A DNA stretch of 64,000 nucleotides from Propionibacteriaceae bacterium (GCA_032576855.1 JAWFWL010000002.1:44498-108497); one strand, 5' to 3'. Positions 44,478-54,896 are shown, numbered from the stretch's first letter. The notes: a model not told the origin generated them from the sequence alone. Made by a program: numbers and translations.

Positions 44478-46556
44478 CTACGCGTCGATGCGCTCCTGGT
44501 CGAGCGCGTACGCGTTATCGACGATGAACTCCTTGCGGGGTGCAACATCGTTGCCCATGAGCATCTCGAACATGCGCTCTGCTGCTTCCATATCGTCGAC
44601 GGTAATCCGCCTGAGCGTGCGGCGCTTAGGATCCATCGTCGTCTCCTTGAGCTGCGATGCGTCCATCTCGCCAAGCCCCTTATAGCGCTGCGGTTCTTTA
44701 AAGGACTGCCCCTTCTTCGTGAGCTCAGCAAGCTTTCGCTGGTACTCCTGCTCGGTGTAGGTGTAGAGGTACTTGTCATAGCCACGCTTCGGCCGCACCA
44801 GCTCAAAACGATGCAGCGGCGGCACTGCCGAGTACACGCGTCCCGCCTCAACCATCGGGCGCATGTATCGGAAGAACAGCGTGGCGAGCAGCGTGCGGAT
44901 GTGCGCCCCGTCGGAATCAGCATCCGCCATGAAAATGACCTTGCCGTAGCGGATATTGTCGATGTCGAATGACCGCCCGGAACCAGCGCCCACCACCTGG
45001 ATGATCGACGCGCACTCGGCGTTCTTGAGCATGTCCCCCACCGACGCCTTCTGCACGTTCAGAATCTTGCCTCGGATTGGCAGCAGCGCTTGGTACTCGG
45101 AGTTGCGTGCCACATTTGCGGTGCCCAGTGCAGAGTCGCCCTCTACGATGAACAGCTCAGTGGCTTCGACGTCGCTGCTTCGGCAATCCTTGAGCTTGGG
45201 CGGCATGGAAGACGACTCGAGGGCGGTCTTGCGTCGCTGATTCTCCTTGTGGGCGCGCGCCGCGACGCGGGTGCGGGACGCGTTCACCACCTTCTCCATA
45301 AGCTGACGCGCGACGGTGCGCACGGCCGGCTTCGTCGACTGCAAGAACTCGGAAAACTCCTGCTCGACGATCTTCGCCACCAGCCTGGACACCGGAGGCG
45401 TGCCCAGTACTTCCTTCGTCTGCCCCTCAAACTGCGGCTCGGCGAGACGTACCGTGACGACGGCGGTCAGGCCCTCGAGGCAGTCGTCCTTGATGACCTC
45501 TTCTCCGGCCTTCAGGATGCGAGTACCGTCGAGCGATTTCGTGAATGCTCGAGTGAGGCCCCGCTCGAAGCCAGCCACGTGTGTGCCGCCCTTCGGCGTG
45601 GCGATGATGTTCACGAACGACTTCACTCTCGTGTCGTAGCTCGTGCCCCAGCGAACGGCGATGTCAACCTCAAGATCACGCTCGACATCGGTGGGCGTCA
45701 TGGCACCATCTTCGTCAAGCATCGGCACGGTCTCCGTGAACGTGTCGCGGCCTTGCAGACGCAACACTTCGGTAAGCGCAGCGTCGGGAGCCAGATAGTC
45801 CGCGAATTCGGTGATGCCGCCTAGAAAAAGGAATTCCTCACGGCTTGGTTCGTCGGTGCGGTTGTCTTCGACGACGATCTCCAAGCCCGGTACGAGGAAT
45901 GCAGTCTGGCGAGCCCTGTCGCGCAGTGTGTCAATGTTGAGTTCAGCGTCTTGCAGGAAGATTTGCCGGTCGGGCCAGTAGCGAACACGGGTACCGGTCT
46001 TCGACTTGGCCACCTTTCCCACCTTGCGCAGGCCACTTGCCGGAGTGAACTTGGCGTTCGGGCCGTCACCGTCGAACGTGCCAGGAACGCCGCGACGAAA
46101 GCTCATCTCCCAGGTGGCGCCATTGCGATCAACCTGCACGTCCAGGCGCGAGGCCAGCGCATTGACGACGGATGCGCCCACACCGTGCAGACCGCCGGTG
46201 GCGTTGTACGACGAGTTTCCAAATTTGCCGCCCGCGTGGAGCCGGGTGAAGACCACCTCGACGCCGCTCAACCCAGTCTTGGGCTCGGTGTCGACGGGAA
46301 TGCCGCGCGCTCGGTCGTGCACCGTGATGGAGCCGTCCGATTCCAGCTTCGCCTCGACGTGGTCGCCGTAGCCTGCGAGCGCCTCGTCCACCGCGTTGTC
46401 GATGATCTCCCATAGGCAATGCATCAGGCCGCGGGTGTCCGTCGACCCGATATACATGGCGGGACGCTTACGCACCGCTTCAAGACCTTCTAGAACGAGA
46501 AGGTTTTTCGCCTCATAATCACGCGAACGCTGCTGCTTACTCTGGGAAACCTGCAC
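44478..46556 (-). CDS. parE: DNA topoisomerase IV subunit B (type IIA, ParE-like)
   Basis: GHKL ATPase (LEGLEAVRKRPAMYIGS, EIIDNAVDE, GLHGVGASVVNALS), Toprim (ELFIVEGDSA, IMADADSDGAHI) and the PLRGKILNV-type IRGKILNV. GTG start. Confidence 0.85.
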   Translation of the reverse strand: MQVSQSKQQRSRDYEAKNLLVLEGLEAVRKRPAMYIGSTDTRGLMHCLWEIIDNAVDEALAGYGDHVEAKLESDGSITVHDRARGIPVDTEPKTGLSGVEVVFTRLHAGGKFGNSSYNATGGLHGVGASVVNALASRLDVQVDRNGATWEMSFRRGVPGTFDGDGPNAKFTPASGLRKVGKVAKSKTGTRVRYWPDRQIFLQDAELNIDTLRDRARQTAFLVPGLEIVVEDNRTDEPSREEFLFLGGITEFADYLAPDAALTEVLRLQGRDTFTETVPMLDEDGAMTPTDVERDLEVDIAVRWGTSYDTRVKSFVNIIATPKGGTHVAGFERGLTRAFTKSLDGTRILKAGEEVIKDDCLEGLTAVVTVRLAEPQFEGQTKEVLGTPPVSRLVAKIVEQEFSEFLQSTKPAVRTVARQLMEKVVNASRTRVAARAHKENQRRKTALESSSMPPKLKDCRSSDVEATELFIVEGDSALGTANVARNSEYQALLPIRGKILNVQKASVGDMLKNAECASIIQVVGAGSGRSFDIDNIRYGKVIFMADADSDGAHIRTLLATLFFRYMRPMVEAGRVYSAVPPLHRFELVRPKRGYDKYLYTYTEQEYQRKLAELTKKGQSFKEPQRYKGLGEMDASQLKETTMDPKRRTLRRITVDDMEAAERMFEMLMGNDVAPRKEFIVDNAYALDQERIDA

Positions 46557-46681
46557 CGACTTACCCTATCCACCAACCCGTCGCTTTGCTGGCAGCGAAA
46601 TGCGGTGTGCACAGACTGAATCCCTTGCAAAAGCACGTTATCGTTGTTGGTGTATTAAATTTCCGGATCTGGAGGTGTCAC

Positions 46682-46885
46682 ATGACTGAAACGCTGACTG
46701 ACCCGACGCTCACAGCGCTCGATCGCTGCGACCGCTGCGGTGCCCAGGCGTACCTTCGGGTGTTTCTGCGCAGCGGAGGCGAACTGCTCTTCTGCGCCCA
46801 CCACGCGGCCGCCCACCGTGAGAAGCTCGCTGAGGTTGCGAGTCACATTCACGATGAGACTGCAAAGCTGCACAACGAGCACTGA
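46682..46885 (+). CDS. Small conserved actinobacterial protein with CxxC/HH motif (DUF7455-like)
   Basis: MTETLTDPTLTALDRCDRCGAQAYLRV...LFCAHHAAAH... ATG 46682 follows GGAGG. The track start 46586 is rejected. Confidence 0.6.
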   Translation: MTETLTDPTLTALDRCDRCGAQAYLRVFLRSGGELLFCAHHAAAHREKLAEVASHIHDETAKLHNEH

Positions 46886-46889
46886 GCCA

Positions 46890-47663
46890 TCACTGCAGCA
46901 ACCAGTGATCAATTAAGGCCCGCCCGATTGCAGACGACCCTGGCAGGGTGATCGTCTGCGCGGCGAGCCTCGAGGTCAGCTCCTCCCTAGTGAGGAAGCT
47001 GGCCTCTACTATTTCCTCCCCATCGACGCGCAGCGCATCTGCATTATCCGTGCGAGCTGTGAATCCGAGCATCAATGAGCGTGGGAAGGGCCAGGGCTGA
47101 CTGCCGAAGTATTCAAAGCTGTGCAGGTGCAGCCCCACCTCCTCCATCGCTTCCCTCGCGCAGGCCTGCTCCAGAGATTCGCCCACCTCGACGAAGCCGG
47201 CGATCACAGACATGCGCCCCTCCGGCCAGCTGGCGTGGCGTGCGAGCAACAGTCGATCGGCTGGATCGGTGACCGCCATGATGACTGCGGGGTCTGTGCG
47301 GAAGAACAGCAGGCGGCCGCATTCCTGGCACTGGCGTCGTCGGCCCTGATCGACCGGCTGAGTGGTGGCGTGACAGCGCTCGCAGCGTGGATCCGACGCG
47401 TGCCAGCGTACGAGTGCTGACGCCGTCGCCACCACGTCGTTAGGGCTTTCCCGAAACGTGACCGTTTCACCGGTTGGCTCCGCAACGCACCTGGCAAACC
47501 AGCGCACGCCTTCCACCGCTCCGACGAGCACGTCGCAACTGGTGGGTGAATCGTCGGGCAAGGGATGCACAGCAACGCGTCCGTCGAAGCTCACCTCATG
47601 GATGTGCGCGGGCAGGGCTGCATCCGGTTCGCGGTCTAAGGCGGCAGCTTTCGTCCAGTCCAC
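46890..47663 (-). CDS. nudC: NAD(+) diphosphatase (NADH pyrophosphatase, Nudix)
   Basis: Zinc ribbon CERCHATT...CQECG and Nudix box GFVEVGESLEQACAREAMEEVG, with the NudC-specific SQPWPFPRS downstream. Confidence 0.9.
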   Translation of the reverse strand: MDWTKAAALDREPDAALPAHIHEVSFDGRVAVHPLPDDSPTSCDVLVGAVEGVRWFARCVAEPTGETVTFRESPNDVVATASALVRWHASDPRCERCHATTQPVDQGRRRQCQECGRLLFFRTDPAVIMAVTDPADRLLLARHASWPEGRMSVIAGFVEVGESLEQACAREAMEEVGLHLHSFEYFGSQPWPFPRSLMLGFTARTDNADALRVDGEEIVEASFLTREELTSRLAAQTITLPGSSAIGRALIDHWLLQ

Positions 47664-47672
47664 GGCAATCTC

Positions 47673-50663
47673 CTATCGCTCCAAGCGGACAGCCGCGTCG
47701 ACGAGGTCCGGCGAGGCCGTCGCAAACACCAGCCTGTCGGATCTCACGTGATAAAACGCGGCTCCGACACGCTCTAGGGGCAAGCCCCTAGCTTCCGCCC
47801 ACGCGCGACGATACACCGCCAGTTGCAACTCATCCGCGGGGGCGTCGAAGGTCTTCCAGTCGACCACCAGCTCGTCGAAATCACCCTGCCAGCGATACAC
47901 GGCATCCATCCGGCCACGGATTTGGAAGCCACCCACAACCATCGAGAACGGAACCTCACATGCCAACGGCGAGAGCGACGCGAACTGGCCGCGCTCAAAG
48001 GCGTCGATGAGGCTTTGCAGTGCGGGCGGCTGACGTTCAAATTCATCAAATCCGCTCGGCATCTCGAAGCGTTGCTGCACCCACTCATGGAAGGCTGTCC
48101 CTATCGATGCTGTCGCAGACGGTTTCCTCGGCATCCTGCGAAGCAGCTGCTCGGCGAGCTTCTGAGGATCGTCGCGCATCTGCAGCAGCTGGGTTGCGGA
48201 TAACCCCTCCGGCATCCGAAGTTCGTCGCGTTGCCTCCTCGCCAACACATGGGCGGCTGCCGTATCCCACATCTCCAACTGCCGCTGATCCTCGGGAGCG
48301 AGTAGCCCTGATTCCAGCACCCATTCCTCGTCGTCGACGTGGTCTGCCGCTGCGGTGACGAGGGCAGCGGCCTGGGTCTGGCGGAATCGATCCTCCTCGT
48401 CTTCGGTTGCCGGCCAAGGCAAGGAGATCACCTTGCCATAGCTTGGATGCTCACGGCCTGTGGTGTGGTCCTGCGCAGCCCCTGCACGCTTCGCAATCTG
48501 TTCAGTTGCCAAGAAGTAGTGCGACGGGATGCGTTCTCGTTTCGCTTGTGGACTCCACCTGTGGCACGTCATCACCAGCCTGGACCGAGCCCGAGTGGCG
48601 GCAACATACGCCAGCCTGTCCTCGGAGTACCCGTGCTCGTCCTTCAGCTGGGCGGCATAGTCTTTGAGCGCAGCATCTGAATACTCCGCGAGCTGCGGGA
48701 TTGCGTGCGCATCCCCCCGCAAGGGGCTAGGCAGCACTTCTGCCCTGCCCGGCCAGTGCCCGCTCAAGTTCTTCGACGGAAAGACGTCCTTCGCCACAGC
48801 CGGCACAAACACGTGCTCCCACTCGAGCCCCTTCGCAGCATGCACCGTCGCGAGTTTGACAGAGTTGGCTTCCGAAATTGCAGATTGTTCCAGCCCCTCG
48901 CCTTGGGAGGCTTCGGCGTCGAGGAACGCAACCAGACCAGCCAGGGATGCGTCTCCGGCGATGATCGGGCGGTCGTTGCAGGCTGCGATGAACGCGTCGA
49001 GCTGATCTGTGCTCAGCCCGCGGGCGCGGAGTTCCTCTTCGATGCCGAGCGCTCGAATCACTCGCGGCAAGACGTCCGCCACTGGCTCGGATGCGTGCTT
49101 CCTCAACTGGCTGAAGGTCTCGACGAACGATGCGAGGCTGCGCTTGCCCGCAGCGCTCAGGCTCTTGGGCGGATGTTCAACCGCCTCCAACAGACAGACG
49201 TCTTCGTCCGCAGCCAGGTTCGATGCATGGTGCCCCAGCAACTGCAAGTCTTCGAGGGATACGCCCCATCGTGGCCCAGACAACAGCGCCGCCAACGACG
49301 GGTTATCCAACGGGTCCACGAGAAGACGAAGCAACGCCACGACGGGGACAATCTCTGGCAGCCACAGCAGGCCCCCAAGCCCGACGATCTCCGTGGGTAT
49401 CCCCCTAGCCCGCAGCTGGTGATGCATGGCCGCCAACAAATTGCGCCCGCGCGACAGCACTGCAATATCGCTCCATTCGCAGCTGCCCTCCAGAGCTAGG
49501 ATCTGTTCGGCGATGGCTGCGAGTTCTTCCTCGACGGTGTCGTAGCGGAAGGTTTCGACCGTACCCGCTGCCGTGCCGTCGGGGGCGCGCAGCTGCACTC
49601 CTTTCTCGCCAGGAATCGTCGAAGCCAAGGCGTTGCCTACCTCCAGGATGTCCGTCTGACTACGACGGTTCACCGACAACACGTACGAGTGCTTGGCTCC
49701 AAAAGCCTGCTGAAACTCCGCCATGTTGCTGGAAGCAGCGCCACGCCATCCGTAGATGGCCTGATACGGGTCACCCACTGCGGTCACGGGATGGCCGGCG
49801 AAAAGTGTGGCAAGCAGGGCAACTTGCGCAGACGAGGTGTCCTGGTATTCGTCGAGGAGTACGACGGCGTACTGCTCGCGCATCAACTCACCGACCGCAG
49901 CCGACGAGCGCACCACATGCACTGCGGTCTCAAGCTGATCCGAAAATTCCGTGAGCGAGAGCTCCTTCTTGTAGGCCCGATACTGCTCGACCACATCCAC
50001 CAGCTCAATGCGCTCTAAGCATTTCTCCGCTGATCCCAGCATCGACTTGTATTGCTCCGCGTGATTCTTGGCATGCCCAGGGGCTGACAGGAAGCCACCG
50101 CGCGCTTCGACGCTGAACTGGCGCACCGCCTTCGGGCTGACAAGATTCGAGCCCATGCTTGCGTCTAATTGAAGCGCACGCTCGATCAGGGCTGGCATGC
50201 CGTACTGCGACAGCAACGGGTATGGGCCGGACGCCCCAGCCACAACGTGTTGCATGAGCCTGGCGCTCGTCGCACCTGCGATGAGCATGGCGGTCGAATC
50301 GATGCCTGCCCGCAGCCCATGTTCGGCGACAATTCTGGATGCAAAAGAATCGTAGGTTCCCGTGGTTGGGAACGTCTCCTCAGGCCCGTTGCCCTGCAGG
50401 CCCGCCGTCTCCAGCGCCGACGCAACGCGGTCCCCTAACTCGGCTGCCGCCTTGCGGGTAAACGTAAGGCCAAGGACCTGGTCGGGGCGGACTTGTCCGG
50501 TACCCACCAGCCACACCACGCGGGCAGCCATCACGGTGGTTTTTCCGGTGCCCGCCCCAGCGATGATCACGCCTGGCTCTAGCGGGGCCGTGATCGCTGC
50601 CAATTGTTCGTCGCTGAAGGGGATTCCGAGCGCTGCGCACAGTTCGTCAGTTGTGTTCATCAT
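47673..50663 (-). CDS. adnB: ATP-dependent helicase-nuclease subunit AdnB-like (UvrD/Rep motor plus RecB-type nuclease)
   Basis: Walker A AGAGTGKT, LLDEYQDT, and the C-terminal PD-(D/E)XK GRMDAVY...VVDWKT. ATG 50663 overlaps the adnA stop (ATGA). Same order as Mtb Rv3202c-Rv3201c-nudC. Confidence 0.8.
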   Translation of the reverse strand: MMNTTDELCAALGIPFSDEQLAAITAPLEPGVIIAGAGTGKTTVMAARVVWLVGTGQVRPDQVLGLTFTRKAAAELGDRVASALETAGLQGNGPEETFPTTGTYDSFASRIVAEHGLRAGIDSTAMLIAGATSARLMQHVVAGASGPYPLLSQYGMPALIERALQLDASMGSNLVSPKAVRQFSVEARGGFLSAPGHAKNHAEQYKSMLGSAEKCLERIELVDVVEQYRAYKKELSLTEFSDQLETAVHVVRSSAAVGELMREQYAVVLLDEYQDTSSAQVALLATLFAGHPVTAVGDPYQAIYGWRGAASSNMAEFQQAFGAKHSYVLSVNRRSQTDILEVGNALASTIPGEKGVQLRAPDGTAAGTVETFRYDTVEEELAAIAEQILALEGSCEWSDIAVLSRGRNLLAAMHHQLRARGIPTEIVGLGGLLWLPEIVPVVALLRLLVDPLDNPSLAALLSGPRWGVSLEDLQLLGHHASNLAADEDVCLLEAVEHPPKSLSAAGKRSLASFVETFSQLRKHASEPVADVLPRVIRALGIEEELRARGLSTDQLDAFIAACNDRPIIAGDASLAGLVAFLDAEASQGEGLEQSAISEANSVKLATVHAAKGLEWEHVFVPAVAKDVFPSKNLSGHWPGRAEVLPSPLRGDAHAIPQLAEYSDAALKDYAAQLKDEHGYSEDRLAYVAATRARSRLVMTCHRWSPQAKRERIPSHYFLATEQIAKRAGAAQDHTTGREHPSYGKVISLPWPATEDEEDRFRQTQAAALVTAAADHVDDEEWVLESGLLAPEDQRQLEMWDTAAAHVLARRQRDELRMPEGLSATQLLQMRDDPQKLAEQLLRRMPRKPSATASIGTAFHEWVQQRFEMPSGFDEFERQPPALQSLIDAFERGQFASLSPLACEVPFSMVVGGFQIRGRMDAVYRWQGDFDELVVDWKTFDAPADELQLAVYRRAWAEARGLPLERVGAAFYHVRSDRLVFATASPDLVDAAVRLER

Positions 50664-53600
50664 GCGTTCTCCTGAAACTTGGGGCATCCGGCACGAAAGT
50701 CGCACGTGCGACACGCATCTCCTGGTGTCGCGGGGAACTCGCCTGATTCGAGCACGTCGAGGGCGGCTGCTATCCGTTCATGCATCCACGTCGGGCCCAC
50801 CTTGAGTGGCTCTTCTGGAAGTTCTGGGATTGCTGCGAGTGAAGACTGTTCCATGACTGCTGGCAGACCAGATGCGTCGAAGCGCAGCAGCACCAATGCG
50901 GCGGCTGCTACCTTCCGGACTCCAGGAGCAAGTGCGTCGAAAGCACCGGATTCAGCAGCGAGCTGATAGAGCCCGAGCTGAACATTGCTGGCGACTTCCT
51001 TCGCCTTCGGCTTGGATTTCATGGTCTTGAAGTCGATGATTCGAAGCGCGGGACCATCACTGGTGTGGAGGAGGTCGATCCGATCGACAAAACCGTGCAA
51101 CAACACTTCGCGTCCTGCCACCTCGACGGGAACCTCAAAGCCATGCTCGACGCTCAGTAGCGTGTCCCGGTGACTGGGAATCCAGGCTGCGAGTCTGTCG
51201 ATGATCTCGTCAGATAGCGCCTTCGCGTGCGCTTCTTGCCAAGGCGCCGCGAACTCTACGTCATCCCATTGTTCCGCCACCATGGCACGCATGCCGTCCG
51301 CGTCGAGGCCGTCGATCTGGGCGCGTTGAGCGACGCTATGGATCAAGCTGCCGAAGCTTGCGGCAACAGGAGATGGACGCTGTGCCCTTGCCCGGCGCTC
51401 GAGGTAGTACCGACGCGGGCAGTCTAAGATTTCCCGCAGCATTGAACCGCTCAAGCGCACCATTGCGGTATTTGGCTCCATGGCTGCGGGCGGCGGCCCC
51501 CACCAATTCGACGGGTTGGCCGCATCGATACCCTGTTGGGCGAGCTGATGTAGCCGGAGCGCAGCCCCCCTGCGAAGCTGCCCGCTGCTCTCTGGATCTG
51601 CAACCGCGGCTCGAAGGGCTCCCACCAGGCCCGACGATGTCAGCGGCTGCTCCGGGTACCCAATCACTTCGACGGGTGTTACGCCTAGTTCTCTCAGAAA
51701 CCTGGATGGCTGCAAATCCTCGGCCGCGACGGCACTGACATGCAAGTACGTGGATGCTCTGGCACATGCGAGGTAGAAGAGCCGTCGTTCTTCTTGTAGA
51801 TGCTCACTCACCATGCGGGGCTGGCCGTCGAGAAGCCTCCCTGCGTCCAAGATTTGTCCGCCTGGTGCACCTTGCGGCCAGCGTCCTTCCTGTACCCCGA
51901 CGACCCAGACGTGCTTCCACTCACGCCCTTTGGCACGGTGCGCAGTAATGATCAGTGCCCCAGTGCCTGTCACTTTGGACTCGCGGCCGGTATCTGCGGG
52001 AATCTCTTCTCCTTCAAGATCTCGGACGAATTTCCGAACCCCGGCAGCGCCGCTCAAGATAGGCTCTCGACCGGCCCGCTCGAACAGCTCCACCGTCGCG
52101 TCGAGCTGATGGTTCGCATATCGATCGCCGCGCAGAGCGGCCTGCCGCAAATGGGTAGGCCACTCAGTACTATCCCACAGGGCCCACAGCGCCTCGCCCA
52201 CTGAACCCCCGTCGGCAAGGGCGTCTGACACCTCCACCAGTGCGTCAGCCACCTGCTTGACAACCGCCCACTCGCCACCTGGCTCCGTGGCACACATCTT
52301 CTCCCAGATCGTGGACCCCTCGACGTATCGCTCGAAGCGTCGCACGGACACGGCATCGAGCCCAACCAGCGGTGAGAGCAACAGACTGCGTGCCTCCTCG
52401 TCGGTGGGATCGGCGTCGCTGGCAGCGAGGCTGATGGCACTCAGCAACGCTCCCACTGCCTCGTTGTCGGAGAGCACGAGCTCGTCCGCGGCCACTTCCA
52501 CAGGAATACCCAGTTGCAGCAAAGCACGGGTAAGTGGCATCAGCTGCGATCTCCCAGCGCGCACGATTACAGCCAACTCCGACCACTGCGCGCCATCCGC
52601 GACAGCGCGTCGCAAGCCATCCGCGACGTGTGCCGCCTCCGCCGCGACGGAGTCATACACTGCCACACTCACAGCGCCCTCTTCGTCGCCCACCGCATCG
52701 CACGCTGGGCGAGCTGTCACCGTAGTGATATGCCGACGCAAGTTGGCGAGCGCCGCGCTCACGGCGCCGCTGTGCCGATGGTCATGCACCAACGCAATCG
52801 ATCTCGAAGGCTCGACGTCGAGCAGCGCCAACATGCCGCGTGCGGACGCTCCGCGGAATCCGCTCACCACCTGATCCGGATCTCCAAACACCGTGACTGG
52901 GATACCCAAATGGGCAAAATCGCCGAGCAGCGCCGTTTGCGCCGGATCCAGGTCGTGGGCATCGTCGACGAAGATTTCTCGGATCTGAGCACAAACCATC
53001 TCGGCAGCACCTGGATCACTTAGCAGCACTCTGGTGCGGAACACGAGCTCCGCGTAGTCGATGGTCTGCTCGAGGTCGCCAACAGCCAAATACTCGTCGA
53101 GGAAATCCGCGACTGCAGCGAGCTCTGCGTCGCCGCGTTCTTGCGCTAAGCGAGCGACGTCGTGCTCGTCCCATGAGCGCTGCCTGATTCTTGCCAGCAA
53201 CTCACGCAGCTGCCGGGCGAAGCCCCGTGTCTCCAACGCAGGCTGCAGTTGTTCCGGCCACGATGCCCGGCCGTGGGAGAGCAACTCACGAATGCGTTCT
53301 TCCTGTTCCGGCGCCCTGAGCAGCGCCCAAGGCAGGGCATCTGCGGGGGTGGCCTGCCGCATCAGCCCGAGTGCGAGCCCGTGCACGGTGGTGAACAGCG
53401 GCTGCGTCTGGGCACGTGCAATCCTGCCTACGACCTTGCGCCGCAGATCTTGGGCCGCTTGGCGAGAGCCGGCGAGCACCGCAATCTCACTAAGGGGCGC
53501 TCCCGCTTTCACCCGCTGCACCACCGCCTCGACGAGCGTGGCGCTCTTGCCTGTGCCCGGGCCACCCAGTGCGCAGGTCACGCCAGATGCGGGCTGCGCA

Positions 53601-53746
53601 ACAACGCTCTGCGCATCATCTAAGGCATACGTCTGAGGCTTCATCGGCGGTAGCAACGTCCACATGTCCCCCATGCAATCACAGGCCTCTGACAATTTTT
53701 TCTGAGAGGCAGATCCCGCTGAGACCGCCACATATTCCACCCCCAT
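50660..53746 (-). CDS. adnA: Helicase-nuclease subunit AdnA-like (UvrD-like motor plus RecB-type nuclease with Cys cluster)
   Basis: Walker A GGPGTGKS, VDDAHD, nuclease GFVDRID...IIDFKT, and cysteines CPRRYY...CRTCDFRAGC. The start is uncertain: ATG 53746, 53674 or 53665. Confidence 0.75.
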   Translation of the reverse strand: MGVEYVAVSAGSASQKKLSEACDCMGDMWTLLPPMKPQTYALDDAQSVVAQPASGVTCALGGPGTGKSATLVEAVVQRVKAGAPLSEIAVLAGSRQAAQDLRRKVVGRIARAQTQPLFTTVHGLALGLMRQATPADALPWALLRAPEQEERIRELLSHGRASWPEQLQPALETRGFARQLRELLARIRQRSWDEHDVARLAQERGDAELAAVADFLDEYLAVGDLEQTIDYAELVFRTRVLLSDPGAAEMVCAQIREIFVDDAHDLDPAQTALLGDFAHLGIPVTVFGDPDQVVSGFRGASARGMLALLDVEPSRSIALVHDHRHSGAVSAALANLRRHITTVTARPACDAVGDEEGAVSVAVYDSVAAEAAHVADGLRRAVADGAQWSELAVIVRAGRSQLMPLTRALLQLGIPVEVAADELVLSDNEAVGALLSAISLAASDADPTDEEARSLLLSPLVGLDAVSVRRFERYVEGSTIWEKMCATEPGGEWAVVKQVADALVEVSDALADGGSVGEALWALWDSTEWPTHLRQAALRGDRYANHQLDATVELFERAGREPILSGAAGVRKFVRDLEGEEIPADTGRESKVTGTGALIITAHRAKGREWKHVWVVGVQEGRWPQGAPGGQILDAGRLLDGQPRMVSEHLQEERRLFYLACARASTYLHVSAVAAEDLQPSRFLRELGVTPVEVIGYPEQPLTSSGLVGALRAAVADPESSGQLRRGAALRLHQLAQQGIDAANPSNWWGPPPAAMEPNTAMVRLSGSMLREILDCPRRYYLERRARAQRPSPVAASFGSLIHSVAQRAQIDGLDADGMRAMVAEQWDDVEFAAPWQEAHAKALSDEIIDRLAAWIPSHRDTLLSVEHGFEVPVEVAGREVLLHGFVDRIDLLHTSDGPALRIIDFKTMKSKPKAKEVASNVQLGLYQLAAESGAFDALAPGVRKVAAAALVLLRFDASGLPAVMEQSSLAAIPELPEEPLKVGPTWMHERIAAALDVLESGEFPATPGDACRTCDFRAGCPKFQENA

Positions 53747-53827
53747 TCGGCGTGCCGCATCCCCTTAGCCGAACCCCGGTGCCATTAGATTAGGAGACGT
53801 CATTTCCGAGGCCAGCAGGGAGTATTC

Positions 53828-54616
53828 GTGTCTAACGCAGAGCGAAACCACTACACCCGGACACCCGCTGATTGGGTAGCTGGCTGTAGCGACGTCGGGC
53901 TTCGCCACACCTCGAACCAGGATGCGCTGTGCATTGCCATCCGCGAGAACGACGGCGAACGCACCGCGCTGATTGCAGTCGCCGACGGCGTCTCCACCGC
54001 CGCGGGATCAGAAATCGCGTCGTCCGTCGCCGTCGAACGCACAATCAATGTGCTGCAGGACAGGCTCGCCGGGGGCATCGCGGAGAACGTCGCCTTCGTG
54101 CAGGCATTCGCGGAGGCAAACCGCCACGTGCTCGCCGCAAAAGTCGAAGGCGAACCATCGGCGTGCACCCTGGTGACCGCACACGTACGCCGCGCCAGCA
54201 TTTCCATCGCCAATGTCGGCGATTCCAGGGCGTATTGGGTTGGAGACGACGGCACCTACACCCTGCTCAGTACCGACGACTCCATGGCGCAAGCCCGCAT
54301 GATGCTCGGTATGTCTCGCGACGACGCGGAGCAGGGCGACCACGCTCACGCAATCACCAAATGGCTCGGCAAAGATTCAGCCAACGTTATGCCGTCGGTC
54401 ACCGTCCACCAACCCACCGTCGCAGGATGGCTTGTGCTGTGCACCGATGGTCTTTGGAACTACGCCAGCGCCCCGGAGGCTATGGGGGCAGTGGTGACGG
54501 AATTCCTCCAGCAGTACGAATCGCTGGGCGACGTCGTCGAGGCACTCGTAGCCTGGGCCAATGACGCCGGCGGGAAAGACAACATCACCGTCACCATGAC
54601 CCGCGTCGAGGTTTGA
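53828..54616 (+). CDS. PP2C-family serine/threonine protein phosphatase (soluble, stand-alone)
   Basis: NQDA, VADGVS, GDSRAY, CTDGLW and GGKDNITV motifs. GTG start. Confidence 0.85.
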   Translation: MSNAERNHYTRTPADWVAGCSDVGLRHTSNQDALCIAIRENDGERTALIAVADGVSTAAGSEIASSVAVERTINVLQDRLAGGIAENVAFVQAFAEANRHVLAAKVEGEPSACTLVTAHVRRASISIANVGDSRAYWVGDDGTYTLLSTDDSMAQARMMLGMSRDDAEQGDHAHAITKWLGKDSANVMPSVTVHQPTVAGWLVLCTDGLWNYASAPEAMGAVVTEFLQQYESLGDVVEALVAWANDAGGKDNITVTMTRVEV

Positions 54617-54671
54617 CCAGGCCGACTAATCTTGGCGAAGGCATCTGTGAACGACACCCACAAGGAGCAAC

Positions 54672-54896
54672 ATGGAGATCAAGCTCGGCATCATGCAAGT
54701 GGCGCGGGAAATCACCCTTGAGAGCACCGAAACGCCAGAGGAAGTAAGCAGCCGCCTGGCCTCCGCAGTGGAGTCGAAGGGCATCTTCGAACTCGCCGAC
54801 GAAAAGGGCCGCAAGGTGCTCGTCCCAGCAGAGCGTATTGGCTACGTCGAGCTCGGCTCGCCCAATGCTCGCCCGGTTGGTTTCGGCCGCGTCTAA
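54672..54896 (+). CDS. DUF3107 domain-containing protein
   Basis: MEIKLGIMQVAREITLES...GRKVLVPAERIGYVELG is the typical DUF3107 sequence. It usually precedes the DEAD-box helicase in Actinobacteria. Confidence 0.8.
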   Translation: MEIKLGIMQVAREITLESTETPEEVSSRLASAVESKGIFELADEKGRKVLVPAERIGYVELGSPNARPVGFGRV

